This document shows positions 1 to 14,055 of a DNA stretch of 64,000 nucleotides, piece by piece (position 1 is the stretch's first letter; each line of letters opens with the position of its first letter). The notes below the pieces were generated by a model. It ran no database searches and was not told the origin of the DNA. It saw nothing but the letters and a program-made list of their open reading frames with translations. This stretch comes from Octopus vulgaris. Lineage: Eukaryota. Both the position numbers and the translations under genes were made by a program. The stretch is from contig OX597840.1 of the NCBI GenBank assembly GCA_951406725.2, positions 36,146,001-36,210,000 on the forward strand, in the 5' to 3' direction.

Positions 1-965
1 CTTCAACGAAGATAGCTGGTTCTATATATGGATTTCCTGGTGCAGGCTGGAACATTACAACAGTCTTGTCCAGGCTAATGCTGAGTCCAAATGCTCTGCA
101 AGAAGCAGAAATGCAATTCATGATTATTTGCATGTCATCTACTGTATGAGTGACTAAGTCACAGTCATCTGCATAAAGGAGGTCACGAATAATAGTCTGG
201 AAAACATTTGAATTGGCAGCAAATTGGCGAAAATTAAAGAGGCGGCCAGAAGATAGACATCTGACATATATTCCCAGAGAGCTAACTTTAGCAAAAGCAT
301 GAGTAAAAGTAGCAGCAAAGTACAAAGAAAAGAGAGTTGGGGCAAGGATGTCACCCTGCTTGACACCATTCTCTACAGGAATGGGTCCCACCATGGTACC
401 ACCAACATTGACCTAAGCCTCCATCTCATCATGAAATGATTTAATTATAGATACAAAGTGATCTGGACATCGAAGTTTGCCAAGTATTTTCCATAGAAAG
501 GCCCTATTTACAGTATCTAAGGTCTTAGTTAAATCAATGAATACCTGGACAAGATCCATATTCTGCTCATAGCACTTCTCCTGCATCTGTCTTGCTGTGA
601 AAATCATATCCATTGTCCCTCTACCAGATCGGAAGCCACATTGAGATTCAGATAGGACATCATTTACGAGACACCCATGCAGACGGGCAAGAAGAATATT
701 TGCCAGAACCTTACCAGCAGCTGATAGTAGAGCAATACCTCTGTAGTTACCACACATTGTTCTGGCTCCTTTTCCTTTATATAGAGGAAGAATAATTGCA
801 TCCTTCCAGTCTTTAGGGATTGCACCATCCCTCCAGACTGCACTAATAAGTTCATGAAGGGACTGTGTGATGCAATTACCACCAAATCGCAAGACCTCAG
901 CACAAATTCCATCCTTTCCAGGTGCCCTACCAAGATTCAATTTACTTATTGATGTCATTACTTCA
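1..965 (-). mobile_element. RTE-clade LINE reverse transcriptase fragment (decayed)
   Basis: ORF 413..1012 contains APGKDG, NYRGIALLS, QCGFRSGRGTMDMIF and FIDLTK. Downstream decayed sequence continues the RT on the minus strand. Confidence 0.88.
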
Positions 966-1022
966 TCTATATACATATATATACAAGTATATATATATAT
1001 GCAAACATACACATATCAATAT

Positions 1023-1084
<62 letters not shown>

Positions 1085-2056
1085 ATATACATACATAGAT
1101 ATATACATATATATATTTATATATATTTACATACATATATACGTGTATTTACCCACACACGCATATATCCACTAAATATGGCCAATAATATTCCAAAACA
1201 CTACTGGGTTGAAAATGTAATCAGTTCACTGATAAACGCTTGGTACACTCACCAAAAAGATTGTGTAAAAGCTAATGTTTACAGTAAAATCGCTGAAAAA
1301 ATAACAAAACATTCAGAAGACGATACAAAAAACACGGACGAGTCATTCGAAGCCTTCAATCTTCAGTGAAGAACCGGATCATCCTCGCAATTTCGGCTGA
1401 TTAATCTTGAGATTGCTACAATCTGACCAGCCCCAAGGAAAAACTAAGTTAAGCGCATTAGATTCCTTGGAAAAAAGCTTCGAATGTATACGAAACAAGG
1501 ACAGAAAACGGACGATGTTATACGAATATGAATACAAAAATAACACGAAATAACAATAATAATATATATATATATGCGACAGGCTTCTTTTAGTTTCCAT
1601 ATACCAAATCCACCAGGCTATAGTAAAGACAGTTGCACAAGGTACAGTGCAGTGGAACAGAAACCGGAACCATTTCGTCGGGAAGCAAATATTATACCAC
1701 AGAGCCGCCTGCGCCTACACACAGATTGCAGCCACATCTTCCTCAAATCGTAGCATAGTGTTTAGAAGAGTCACGTGGTATAAGGTAGTTTTAAATGCAG
1801 TGAAATCGAAAAACAAAAAGTACGGGAAGATAAGGTTGGTTGTGATCATCGGCGAGGTCGATCAGTACTTACCTAGGGTTAAATAATATCAAACCTATAT
1901 AGCATTTTTCATCATCTCTCTTTTAAGCTGCCGTGTGTATGACATATGTGACTGGCATGTATGGTCTACACAAGTGCGGGAACTGATCTTTTTAGGTGCA
2001 CTCGAATTTTGATAAAGGTTTTAAAAATGCATTTAACTCTGTGAGTGAGTGAGTGA

Positions 2057-2111
<55 letters not shown>

Positions 2112-2402
2112 TGCAAAAATATTTCCTAACGACAAATATGATCGGATAAAGGCCCTTTCGCATGTTCAACAAGGCGATAATCAGAACATGAAAATTCAGT
2201 CATCTCTATGTTCACAATGTACACACACACAGACATGCACACACACACACACAGGCAAACACACACATAAAGCTGAAGATATAAGTATAGACACACATAC
2301 ATACATTATATATATGTATGCCCAAAATGCCACGCAGTCGGACTGAACCCGGAACTCTATGGGTGGTAAGCGAGCTACTGACCTCACAGCCAGTCCTACG
2401 CC

Positions 2403-2466
<64 letters not shown>

Positions 2467-2566
2467 CATATATATGTATAGATATATATATATATAGATA
2501 TATACATACATATATATAGATATATACATACATATATATAGATATATACATACATATATATAATAT

Positions 2567-2643
<77 letters not shown>

Positions 2644-2677
2644 TATAGATATAGATAGATAGATAGATAGATAGATA

Positions 2678-4279
2678 TCATCATCATCATCGTTTAACGT
2701 CCGTTTTCCGCGCTAGCACGGGTTGGACGGTTCGACCGGGGTCTGGGAAGCTAGGGGCTGCACCAGGCTCCAGTCTGATCTGGCAGTGTTTCTACAGCTG
2801 GATGCCCTTCCTAACGCCAACTATTCAGTGAGTGTAGTGAGTGCTTTTTACGTGCCACCTGCACAGGTGCCAGGAGGGGGTCTGGCATCGGCTACGATTG
2901 GTTAGTGCTTTTAACGTGCTACCGGCACGGAAGCCAGCCGAGGCGGCGCTGGCATCGGCCACGTTCGGATGGTGCTTTTTATGTGCCACCGGCACAGAAG
3001 CCAGTCGAGGCGGCGCTGGCATCGGCCACGTTCGGATGATGCTTTTTATGTGCCACTGGCACAGGTATCACAACTACTATTTCCATTGATATTTGTTTCG
3101 ATGTTCATGTACATGCACTTGACTCAACAGGTCTCCTCAAGCACAGCGAGATGTTCTGGGATCCAAGGTACTTTGAATGGGCAGGGGCTATGCGGAACTG
3201 GTGCCGGAAGCATCCCGGGTCTTTGCAGTCACAGCACATCTCCAGAGATCTCGGTCCTTCGCCATTGCCTCAGTGAGGCCCAACGCTCTGAGATCATGCT
3301 TGACAACCTCATCCCATGTCTTCCTGGGTCTACCTATCCCCCTGATTCCTTCAACTGTTTGGGAGCGGCACTTCTTCACACATCTCTCCTCATCCATCCA
3401 CAGTACATGACCATACCATCGCAAGCGACGCTCTTGCACACCACATCTGATGCTTCTTATGTCCAGCATTTCTCTCAGGGTGCTTACACTCTGTCGTGCG
3501 TTCACACTGACATAACACATCCAGCGGATCATGCTAGCTTCATTTCTTTCAAGTCTACGCATGTCCTCTGCAGTCACGGCCCATGTTTCACTACCGTGAA
3601 GCATGGCAGTTCACACACACATGCATCATACAATCTACCTTTCACTCTGAGTGAGAGACCCTTTGTCGCCTGTAGGGGTAGGAGCTTTCTAAACTTTGTT
3701 CAGGCTATTCGTATTCTAGTGGTGACACTCTCTGAGCATCCACCTCCACTAACTAACTTGGTCACCCAGGTAGCGGAAACTATCAACAACTTCTAGTTTC
3801 TTCCCCTGGAGTGTGATGGAATCTGTTTTCTGAGTATTTGTGGTGTCTATTGTCCCTGTGTATCTGCCGCACATGAAAGCTATCTTATCAGTTAATTTCC
3901 CTTTGATGTTGCTGCACCTCTTATGCGTCCATAGCTTACACTGGGTGCATCTTATGGAGTTTCTACCTACACCTTTCCTACAGATCGAGCAGGGCCACCT
4001 GCCCGATGGGGTGTGTGCTGAGTTCGCCTTTCTGTTTACTATAACTTTGGTCTTTGCTACATTTACTCTAAGGCCTTTTGATTCTAACCCTTGTTTCCAC
4101 ACCCGAAATTTCTTTTCTAGTTCCGGTAGTGATTCTGCTATGAGAGGCAGGTCATCAGCATAGAGGAGCTCCCAGGGGCAACCTGTTTTGAATTCCTCTG
4201 TTATTGCCTGGAGGACTATGATGAATAAAAGGGGACTGAGGGCTGAGCCTTGGTGTACACCTACTTCTACTCGGAATTC

Positions 4280-4281
<2 letters not shown>
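2678..4281 (-). mobile_element. RTE-clade LINE, 3' part: RT C-terminus, 3' UTR and (ATG)n tail
   Basis: GVHQGSALSP, LLYADD, LHGSETW, RLRWYGHV, GRPRKTW in ORFs 3749..4384 and 3188..3604. Tail reads catcatcat on the plus strand. Confidence 0.9.
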
Positions 4282-4343
<62 letters not shown>

Positions 4344-4559
4344 CATACATACATACATACATACATAGGGACAACAAAATACAAAAAAAATATGATGACC
4401 TCGAAGACAGAATATTCTGGAATTGGTAACTTGATCTGTTAACACTTTTGAATTAATAAAGAGTCCAAAGTAAGAATGCTGTGTGTGTGTGTGGTAGGTT
4501 GTATGCATATATCTGATAATAGCGATAATGAGATACACACCTGTATACACATACCAGAC

Positions 4560-7480
4560 TACTAAACACCAAATAACACCAACATGAAATATGTATCCTC
4601 TGACCAAGTGGCAAACCAAAGAGGTAACTCTTTTTTACTGTCTTACCTAGAAAATATGAAGGCCGACCTAAGCCAGGATATCCAACGAGCTATCAGCAAC
4701 CACCTATGCAAATCACAAGGACCACACACCCACTACCAACAAGAAAATCATACACACACAGCTCCATACAAGAACTACCCACATTGTTACCACTGAACAA
4801 CATAAAACACAACTTAGAACAAGGCAAACATCAAACTCCCCTTACCTCGACATTCCTGTTAAATGTACGTGGCATCAACCCATCAATTATTGCCCAAAAA
4901 TGGAAGATCCCATAGATAGAGAGTTGGCTTGCCGAAACGGCACATTGCTTCCCTTTCTTTATCCTTACTGAGACTCACCTGAACAACACCCATATGGACG
5001 CCGAGGTGAAAATAAAAGATTTCACCATTGTTCGTGTGGATCGCACAGACCGAAATAAGGGAGGGACAGCCATCTTTATCCATCTATGACTCCTTTTCAC
5101 TTGATGCCAAGAATATATTTTCCAATGGCTATTGTGAATCTGTATCACTATTCAGCAAGGCCAAGGACATAATCATTGTTGGTCTTTACAGGCCTCCCCA
5201 AGCACCTCTAAAGTGCTTTGAAGAGTGCCTTAGTAAAGTCAAGTCCTTCCTTCGGAAGTACAACTCCGGAAACATACTAGTGGATGGGTGATTTTAACCT
5301 CCCTTATGTGAACTGGCCCACAAATACTCTGAAGTTAGGCAAATGCTCTACATCAGATAGAGCAGCAGCAGAACTGCTCTTTAATCTAATGGATGAATAC
5401 TTCCTGACTCAGCTAGTGCTCGAACCAACGAGACAGAATAAAACGATCTTGGATCTGGTATTGACGAATCACTCTAGCTTCGTTCACAGTATTTCAGTTG
5501 AAAAAACTCTCCTCTCATACCACGACATGGTACTCTGCAATTTCAATTCCCGACATATAAAAACCAAACCAGCCAATCCCACTCCATGGCACTCATTTGA
5601 CAACATAAACTTTCACAAAGCGGACTGGGGAGCAACAAGAAAGGATCTGTCTTGCATAGACTTATCTTTCACTCACAATTCCACCCATACTGAGACCGCA
5701 TGGCAGCACTTTGAAAACATTGTCACCTATACAGAACAATACTGCTCTGTCTGATATTGACGCAAGAGAAGCGAACAAAGTTGACCCTCAACATAAAATC
5801 TCAGACATAACCTTTTATTGCCACTGACATCACAGCAGCAATAAATAAGATCAAATACTACTCTGCTGTAGGCCCTGATAGATTCCCCGCTAGTCTCCTG
5901 AAGGAATGTAAATACCAACTTGCAGTCCCTCTGACCAACCTCTGGAGAAATTCGTTAGACGCAGGTTATATACCGAAACAGTTTCTATCCAAGTCAGTCA
6001 TCCCGGTTTTCAAACAGGGAAACAGATCCCTCGCACTCAACTATCGCCCAATCTCACTCACCTCCCACATCATCAAAGTGTTTGAAATTGTGTTAAGATC
6101 AAGGATAGCTGACTTCCTGGAGACCCACAAACTCCTAAATGCAAATCAGCATGGCTTTCGCTGTGGCAGGGACTGTCTAACACGGCTCTTACACCACATT
6201 GAAGATGTACTCAAAGCCTTGGGAACAGGTTCGAACTCTGATGTCATATATCTTGACTTCAGTGAAGCGTTCGACAGGGTAGACCATAATATCCTACTCT
6301 CAAAATTGGCAAATGTTGGAATCCGTGGAAAAGTTCTACACTAGATCAAGTATTTCCTGGCGAATAAAACACATGTTGTAGTTGATGGAGTCCACTCAAG
6401 CCCAGCAAAAGTCACCAGCGGTGTCCCCCAGGGGACTGTCTTGGGTCCGCTACTCTTCATAATCTACATAAACGACCTTTCCAGTGTCGTACATTACTGC
6501 AAAGTGAAAATATTTGCTGATGACACCAAGCTCCAGCAAATCGTCAATGAAGAAGCAGACCGAACTCAACTCCAGTCTGATCTATATGCTGTGAGTCAAT
6601 GGGCAAACAGAAACAAAATGCAACTGAACGAGGGAAAATTTGAGCTGATGCATTTTGGAAGAAACTCCTCACTAAACCAACCATACTCTCTTCCTTCAGG
6701 GGAACCGCTCACAGCCTCTAACAATATCAGAGACCTGGGTGTAATTGTTGATGACGATCTCAGTTGGAGTGCACACATCAACAAGAAGGTCGATATAGCT
6801 CGTAGGATGAGTTCCTGGATCTTAAGAACTTTCCGGTCCAGAGAACAAGGTGTCATCATACCACTTTTTTCCTCCTTTGTACGGCCACACCTTGAATACT
6901 GCTGCCCACTGTGGTCTCCTCACACAAGACAAAACATCTCCAGGATTGAGTCACCCCAGAGGGCACTCACTAAACGAATTGAAGGCATGGCTGCTCTCGA
7001 TTATTGGGATCGCCTTAAAGCCTTGAAACTTTACTCCCTCCAGCGTCGCTGTGAGCGGTACATCATTTGTACGATGTGGAAAATATACCGCCAACTATGC
7101 CCAAACGACCTGAACATTAGCTTCAAGGTTCATCCAAGACTGGGACCACGGGCCATTCAAGATCACAGCATACATGTACACTACAACATAATTTCTTTTC
7201 CTCAACAGGCCCTGCCCTATTTAACATTGTCCCGAAAGAGATCAAAGAGCAACAGGATCCCATCAACTTTAAACGGAGTCTGGATAGATTCCTTCAAGGA
7301 ATACCAGATAAGCCACCCATAATTGGATACAACTCACCCAACAAAAACTCACTACTTGAATGGACCATAAACAAAGCTTGACTTAAACAGGATTCAAATA
7401 ATCCTATCAGGTGGTGCTATTAAGTTAGACATGGCCTGGACCAATCTTTGGTCGAAACATATCTAAGTTTATCTAAGTTT
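4560..7480 (+). mobile_element. CR1/Jockey-group LINE with APE endonuclease and RT (internally deleted, disrupted)
   Basis: APE motifs YRPP, GDFNLP, LDLVLTN. RT motifs NQHGF, YLDFS, GVPQG, FADD, PHLEYC. Tail (atctaagttt)x2. Stops and frameshifts present. Confidence 0.9.
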
Positions 7481-7738
7481 ATATACAAATATACAAACAT
7501 ATATATACAAATCTATATACAAACACATACAAACATATATACAAATATATATACAAACATATATACAGACATATATATACAAATATATATATATATACAA
7601 ACATATATATATACAAACATATATACACAAACATATATACAAACACATATATACAGACATATATACAAATATATATACAAACATATATACACAAATATAT
7701 ATACAAACATATACATACAAATATATATACAAACATAT
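7480..7738. repeat. Degenerate ~12-bp minisatellite (atatatacaaac)n
   Basis: Directly visible tandem array after the LINE tail. Confidence 0.9.
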
Positions 7739-8351
7739 GACCCTCTCCGTAACCTTCATTACCTGATCCAACAACTTGATACCTGTTTAATTATTTGTAT
7801 CTAAAGCGTCACCTTTACTTTTGTAGTAGTTGACTATTATGCTGCTACACCAGTCATTGGGTATGACTCCTTCGTGTATCAACTGGTTAACTATACAGGT
7901 GACCAGGCTATAACCAACACTGCCAGATATTTTGAGCATCTCTGCAGTAATTCCTGATGGGCCTGGGGCTTTTCCTGTCTTCATACTTCTAATTACCTTA
8001 TCTACCAAAGAACTGTCAACTCGGATAGCTGGTCCCTCAGTTGGGTCGACATTCGGCAGACTCCCTTTCTCCCATTCATTTTCTTTATTCAGCAACTTTT
8101 TCATAGTGGCGTCTCCAAACCTCTCTCTTTGCAGCCACACTTAGCGCAAGTGAACCATTATCCATGCGAACACATTTCTCTCCTACCACGTCACGATTCT
8201 CTCTCACACACTGTCTTGCAACACGAAATACCTCAAGTCTTTTGTCCTCACGGCGCAGAACATTGGCAAATGTTTTCTTATCTGCTTCTCCTCTGGCTAA
8301 ATAAACCTGCCTCCTAGCTTCCCTTCTGGCAGTCTGACACACTTCACCCAT
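7738..8351 (-). mobile_element. RTE-clade LINE fragment, RT N-terminal region
   Basis: MKTGKAPGPSGITAEML, IPNDW, KGDALD.NN in ORFs 7787..8140 and 8085..8351. Confidence 0.85.
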
Positions 8352-10474
8352 ATAGTTAATATGGACTTCTCAAAATCTACAAAAGTTAGGCCATAAACGA
8401 AATCAGTAACAAGTTAACTTCTATAGTCATAAATATTCCACACCCTAGAGATCTCCGAATGACCAATTATGACCGATCCAGGTATGTAGGTACGGGGGGG
8501 GGGCAATTGGGTGCTTAACACTTGCAAATCTGAAGTCGCTAAAGGTGCAATAAATTGAACTTCTTTTCATTTAGCAGTTAGTGATCTGCAAATGTGGGTA
8601 TCTTAGAAATGGTTAAAGTGTTTGTTGTAGCTGTAATTGTTGCACACACACAAACGAATAAAAACACACAGACGCTCACACACACGTACACACACAAATA
8701 AAAACATTCACACAGACACAAAGACTGAAATGAAAATACCAAAACACACACAAATAAAAACAGTCCCACGCACACAAACACTGAAAAAAATACTCACACA
8801 CTCACATACGCACAAACACACACAGAGAAGTGAAAATACACAGCTACATATTCACACACTCAAACACGCGGACAAATAGAGAAAAGAAAACAGTTACATA
8901 CGCACACACTCGAAGACACAGAAAAGAAAACACTCACACAGACACATGCACAAACACACAGACATACACATATAGAAATGAAAAATACACAGTTACACAT
9001 CCAAACTCTCACACTCACACACGCACAAACACACACAGAAATGAATATAGTCACAAACAAACATACGCACCCACACACAGAAATGAAAACACAGTTACAC
9101 ACTCACACATAAACCCTAACCAGCACAAACATACAAGTTATTCAGAATGTAAAGGGGCATTGGGTGCTTTGCACTCGCAGTTAGAATATCAGCTCCCTCC
9201 ACGCCAGTATGAGAATTTCTTTCATCCACTTGTGAAATTAATACATTGTCGACATATGGGAAAAATATGAGCAACATCTGAAGTCACTAAAGGTGCAATA
9301 AATTGAACTTATTTTGATTTAGTAGTTAGTGATCTCAAATGTGGGTATCTTAGCAATGGTCAAAGTGTTTGTTGTAGTTGTAAGTGTCGCACACACACAA
9401 ACAAATAGAAACACTCAGTCGCTCACACACTCGCGCACACAGAAATAAAAACACTCTCACACACACACAAACAACCACTGAAATGAAAATACCCATACTC
9501 ACATAAATAAAAACTGTCCCACACACACAAGGAGCCCCAATAGGTATATCAAAAAAGTTTCTAGTATCTTTCCTAGCCCATAATTTATGATAATTGAAGT
9601 TCTTACAATAAATAAATGCCTACTAAATCAGTACATCGAAAATTAAGTCCCCGTAACTTTTCGGTTCTGCAAAAGAGACCTATACATTAAGTAATAGGCA
9701 TACAAAGAATAATTCCTGGGGTTGATTTGCTTCACTAAAGGCGGTGCTCCACCATGGTCACAATGAAATAACTAAAAGAGTCTAACATGCAGGGAAATAA
9801 CTCTAGAATATATTATTCAGACATGACACACACTGTTACGCTTTTCCTTGTTTAGTCATTTCACTGTGTCCATGCTGGAGCACAGCATTTTCTAGAGCAA
9901 ATCGACACTAGGACTTACTCTATGACAGTCTAGAATTTATTTGTTGGTCGTCTTTTCCCGAAGTTACTGGAGTGTAAAAATACCAGCATCGGTTGTCAAG
10001 CGGTTTTGGGGACACAGAAACATATATATAAATATATATCTAGTTTATATTTACTGTTGAGAAAACCGCGCGAGAGTGGTAGATTTGGAAAAGTTATAGC
10101 ATATAGACTCGAGACATGGTTATTATCGCCTCGAGCCTATATGCTAGTCCTTCGCTTTCTGCTCAAGAGGCAACGCCAGTCGTAACTAAATTTGTTTTAT
10201 TTACGAAAGATTGCCGAAACTATGCATAGTCCAGAATGGATAGGGTAAACGTTTTTATTTCTCTTTCCATTTCAGAATTACAATTATCACTGGTTTGGAG
10301 TTTAACTGCTCTCTCTAGTGAGTCAGATGTCCCATTATGGCCATCCCTTATATGTTTAAATATCTATATGTATATACATATATCTGTCAATATATACCTA
10401 TGTCTCTCTCTCTCTCTCTCTCTCTCTTTCGCTCTATCATATATATATATATATATATATATACACCTGTCTAT

Positions 10475-10825
10475 ATACGACGGGCTACTTTCTGTTTCCG
10501 TGTACCAAATCTACTCAGAAACGTTGGTCTGTCCGAGGCTATATTGGAAGACACTTGCCCATGGAGCCACGTAGTTGGACTGAACCAGAAACACCGTGTT
10601 TGGAAAGCAAGCTACATACCACAGCCACTCTTACTGCTACATATATATATATATATATATACTACAAAATTAGAAAATGGAGAAACATACTTAAATCAAT
10701 CAAACATCAACCATCAGATGATACCCAATCAATACTTTATTACACCATTACATAACAGTAAAGGCATTATACAAAATATATAGTGACAATAATTAGACAA
10801 TGAAATATAAATATAAAATATATAA

Positions 10826-10885
<60 letters not shown>

Positions 10886-11745
10886 ACAGTCTTCTTTTAG
10901 TTTCCGTCTCCCAAATCCACTCACAAGGCTTTGGTCGGCCCGGGACTATAGTAGAAGACATTTGCCCAACGTGCCACCCAGTGGGACTGAACTCAGAAAC
11001 ATTTGTTAGGTAAGCAAGCTAATTCCCATTCAGACACTACTGTTTGTTAACCGGACAAGTTCAAGGTGAGCCCTAATTGTTTGTATGCAAATGAGTTCAT
11101 TAATGGGGTCCGGAACTTTCGCGGCTGGGTCCCATAAGACAATGCATCCACCTTGGGTATAGGTGGACTGTGCTCACACACGCACAAACACCCACACATC
11201 CGCACTCACGAATATAGATACACGCAAAGACGCAATCTCGTACCTATTTATGTTTTAAATATGTTGACCTTAAAACTGTGACATTCTGAAAACACACGAC
11301 CGCACTCATGCACATAGATACATGCATATACGCAAACTCGTAGCTATTTATGTTTTAAACATGTTGACCTTTAAACCATGACATTATGTGTCTGTTTGCG
11401 CGTGCATTTCTGTGAGAATGGTTGCTCACGAACCGTAATGCGCTGAGTTCAAACCAACAGCGTTGCACCTTTGGTAAGTGTATTCAACTATAGCCTAGGG
11501 CCGACCAAAGTATTCTGAGTGGAGTTAGTAGAGGGAAACTGAAAGAAGCCCGTCGTATATATGAATATCGGCGTAGGAATGGCTATGTTGTAAGTAGTTT
11601 GCTTGCGAACCACATGGTTTGGTGTTCACTCCCACTGCCTGTCATCTTATGCAATTGTCAACTAATGTACCCCAGGGCCGACCTAATCATTGTGATTGGA
11701 TTTAGTGGAGGGAAACTGAAAGAATCCCATCGTATATATGTTTAA

Positions 11746-11809
<64 letters not shown>

Positions 11810-12560
11810 TGTGTTTGTTCGCACTCGAAGGGCACACGAGAATGCACGCACGTACTATCACATATACAGATGCAAGTTTTCTTAATAAAACGGAAAGAAC
11901 TCCCGTTCCATCCCTTACAGTTTCTTTTTTGTTTTAAACACTACATATACGTGCGTGGGTATATACACGTATATCTGTATGTGTATGTCTGGGTGAAACA
12001 GACTTTCACGGTTGGGTCACATTAGCCGATGCGACCACCTTGGGTATGTGTGGACTGTGCTCACACACGCACAAATACCCACACTTCCGCACTCATGCAC
12101 ATAGATACATGCAAAGCTATTTCATGTTTTAAATATGTTGACCTTAAAACCGTGACACTCTCAAGAAATTGTATGAGCGTGTGGGTCAGCCAATATGTGT
12201 GCTTTCATCTCTGTGTCTGTTTGCGCTCGCGCATGTGTGAGAGTGTTTGCTCACCAACCTCAATGTGCTGGGTTCAATCCAACAGCGTGGCACCTTCGGC
12301 AAGTGTATTCAACTATACCCCCGGGCCGACCAATGTATTCTGAGTAGGGTTGGTAGAGAGAAACTGAAAGAAGACCGTCGTATATATGAATATCAGCGCA
12401 CAAATGGCTATGTGGTAAGTAGTTTGCTTACGAACCACATGGTTTCAGTTTCATTCCCACTGCCTCGCATCTTGTCCAATTGTCTTCTACAGTAGCCCCG
12501 GGCCGACCAAATCCTTGTGATTGGATTTGGTGGAAGGAAACTGAAAGAATCCCGTCGTAT
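10475..12560. mobile_element. Cluster of tRNA-derived SINE heads: minus at ~10475-10640 and ~10884-11045; plus at ~11425-11560, ~11570-11735, ~12250-12385 and ~12395-12560
   Basis: Recurring ~160 bp unit with Pol III A/B-box-like motifs (gtggctgtgtgg / gggttcagtccc), ending ggaaactgaaagaagcccgtcgtatat. Confidence 0.8.
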
Positions 12561-12562
12561 AT

Positions 12563-12610
<48 letters not shown>

Positions 12611-13033
12611 TCGCACTCGAATGGCACACGAGCATGCACGCATGAACCATCAGACATACAGATGCAAGTTTTCTCAATGAAAGGGAAACAACTCCCGTTC
12701 TATCCCATACAGTTTCCGAGAGCTATGAGTAAAATTCCTTCCTTTAACTACTTTTAGTATTATATACTTGTAAGGAAGGCAACTCTCCATACATCGCTTA
12801 GAGCCTATTATTATTCAAACACTATTTACGTTTCCTAATGTTAAATTGTATTAGTATCAATTAACGGATGTAACTCTTGTCAAGTAAGGGATGTAGAGGG
12901 AGTTACTTTCCTTGGTTTGAGATTCATTTTTATATTTAAGTTTAAATGCCAAAGGGAGATGAAACTATGAGTTAGGGTTAGATGTGTGTATTTCCATTTC
13001 TGTGTGTGCGACTACGTGCTTTTATATACATGT

Positions 13034-13115
<82 letters not shown>

Positions 13116-13626
13116 GTGTCTACGTCCCCGTAACTTAGAGGTTCAGCGAAAGAGACTGTTAGAATAAGTACTAGGCCTACAAAGAATAAGTCCTGGGGTC
13201 GATATGCTCGACTGAAGGTGTTGTTCCAGCATGGCCACAGTTAAATGACTGAAAAAAGTAAATGAGAGTAAAAGAGTAAATAGCGACAAAAGTCTATAAC
13301 CTGTTCACTAGGGAGATAGCTGAAAATATCTCCTAGACATCATATAATACCTTTCATGTTGTAATTTCTGTAATAGGTGTGTTTGTTTGACGCCTGCGAA
13401 AGAAGACACGACCATGCGCACACCAACAGAGACACATACACATCCAAGTAATCTGCTGGTACCTTTAACAAATAAACATTGACTAGCTGATCATTTACAT
13501 TTCACTACACCCCACAAATATATAAAGTAATAATGTTATCTAGTACTACTCTTCGGACATAATCAAGTTTCTTTTTTGTTTTAGATAGTATATATGCATG
13601 TGTGGGTATATACATGTATATCTGTA

Positions 13627-13670
<44 letters not shown>

Positions 13671-13799
13671 CTAGAGCGCCGCCTTTAGTCGAGCACATCG
13701 TCCGCAGCACTTATTCTTTGTAAGCCTAGTATTTATTCTAACTTATTCTCTTTTGCCAAACCGCTAAAATACAGGGAGTAAAACACACCAGCATCGGTT

Positions 13800-14055
13800 A
13801 AAAACATCAACAACTACAGTCAATCGAAGATAATGACCAAACTGTCTACTCTTATCCACCAGTTCCAACACGATTTAACAAAAAACCAGACAAATTGCTT
13901 GACTAGATTTCACTGCAAAGCCAGTAACATCTATGGACTTCCCAAAATCTACAAAAGTTAAGCCATAAACAAAACCTGTAACAAGTTAACTTCTATAGTC
14001 ATAAATATTCCACACCCGAGAGATCTCCGAATGAGGCCAATTATGGCCGATCCAT
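13800..14055 (+). mobile_element. Penelope-like RT fragment; paralogues at ~8355-8480, ~15240-15320 and ~20030-20285
   Basis: Translates as ...ASNIYGLPKIYKS*...DLRMRPIMADP, the YGLPKIHK...LRPI motif of Penelope RT. Confidence 0.7.

Noticed and set aside
867-2690. ORFs rich in YI/CV/TH repeats here and throughout the window (e.g. 7448-7804, 11738-12025, 63267-63959)
   Set aside because: They are translations of (AT)n, (GT)n and (AC)n microsatellites.
2840-3065. CRISPR-like regular repeats
   Set aside because: Eukaryotic context, no unique spacers, no cas genes; this is a LINE 3' UTR tandem repeat.
2969-3796. 275-aa plus-strand ORF
   Set aside because: Antisense shadow of the RTE RT and 3' UTR; no recognisable domain.
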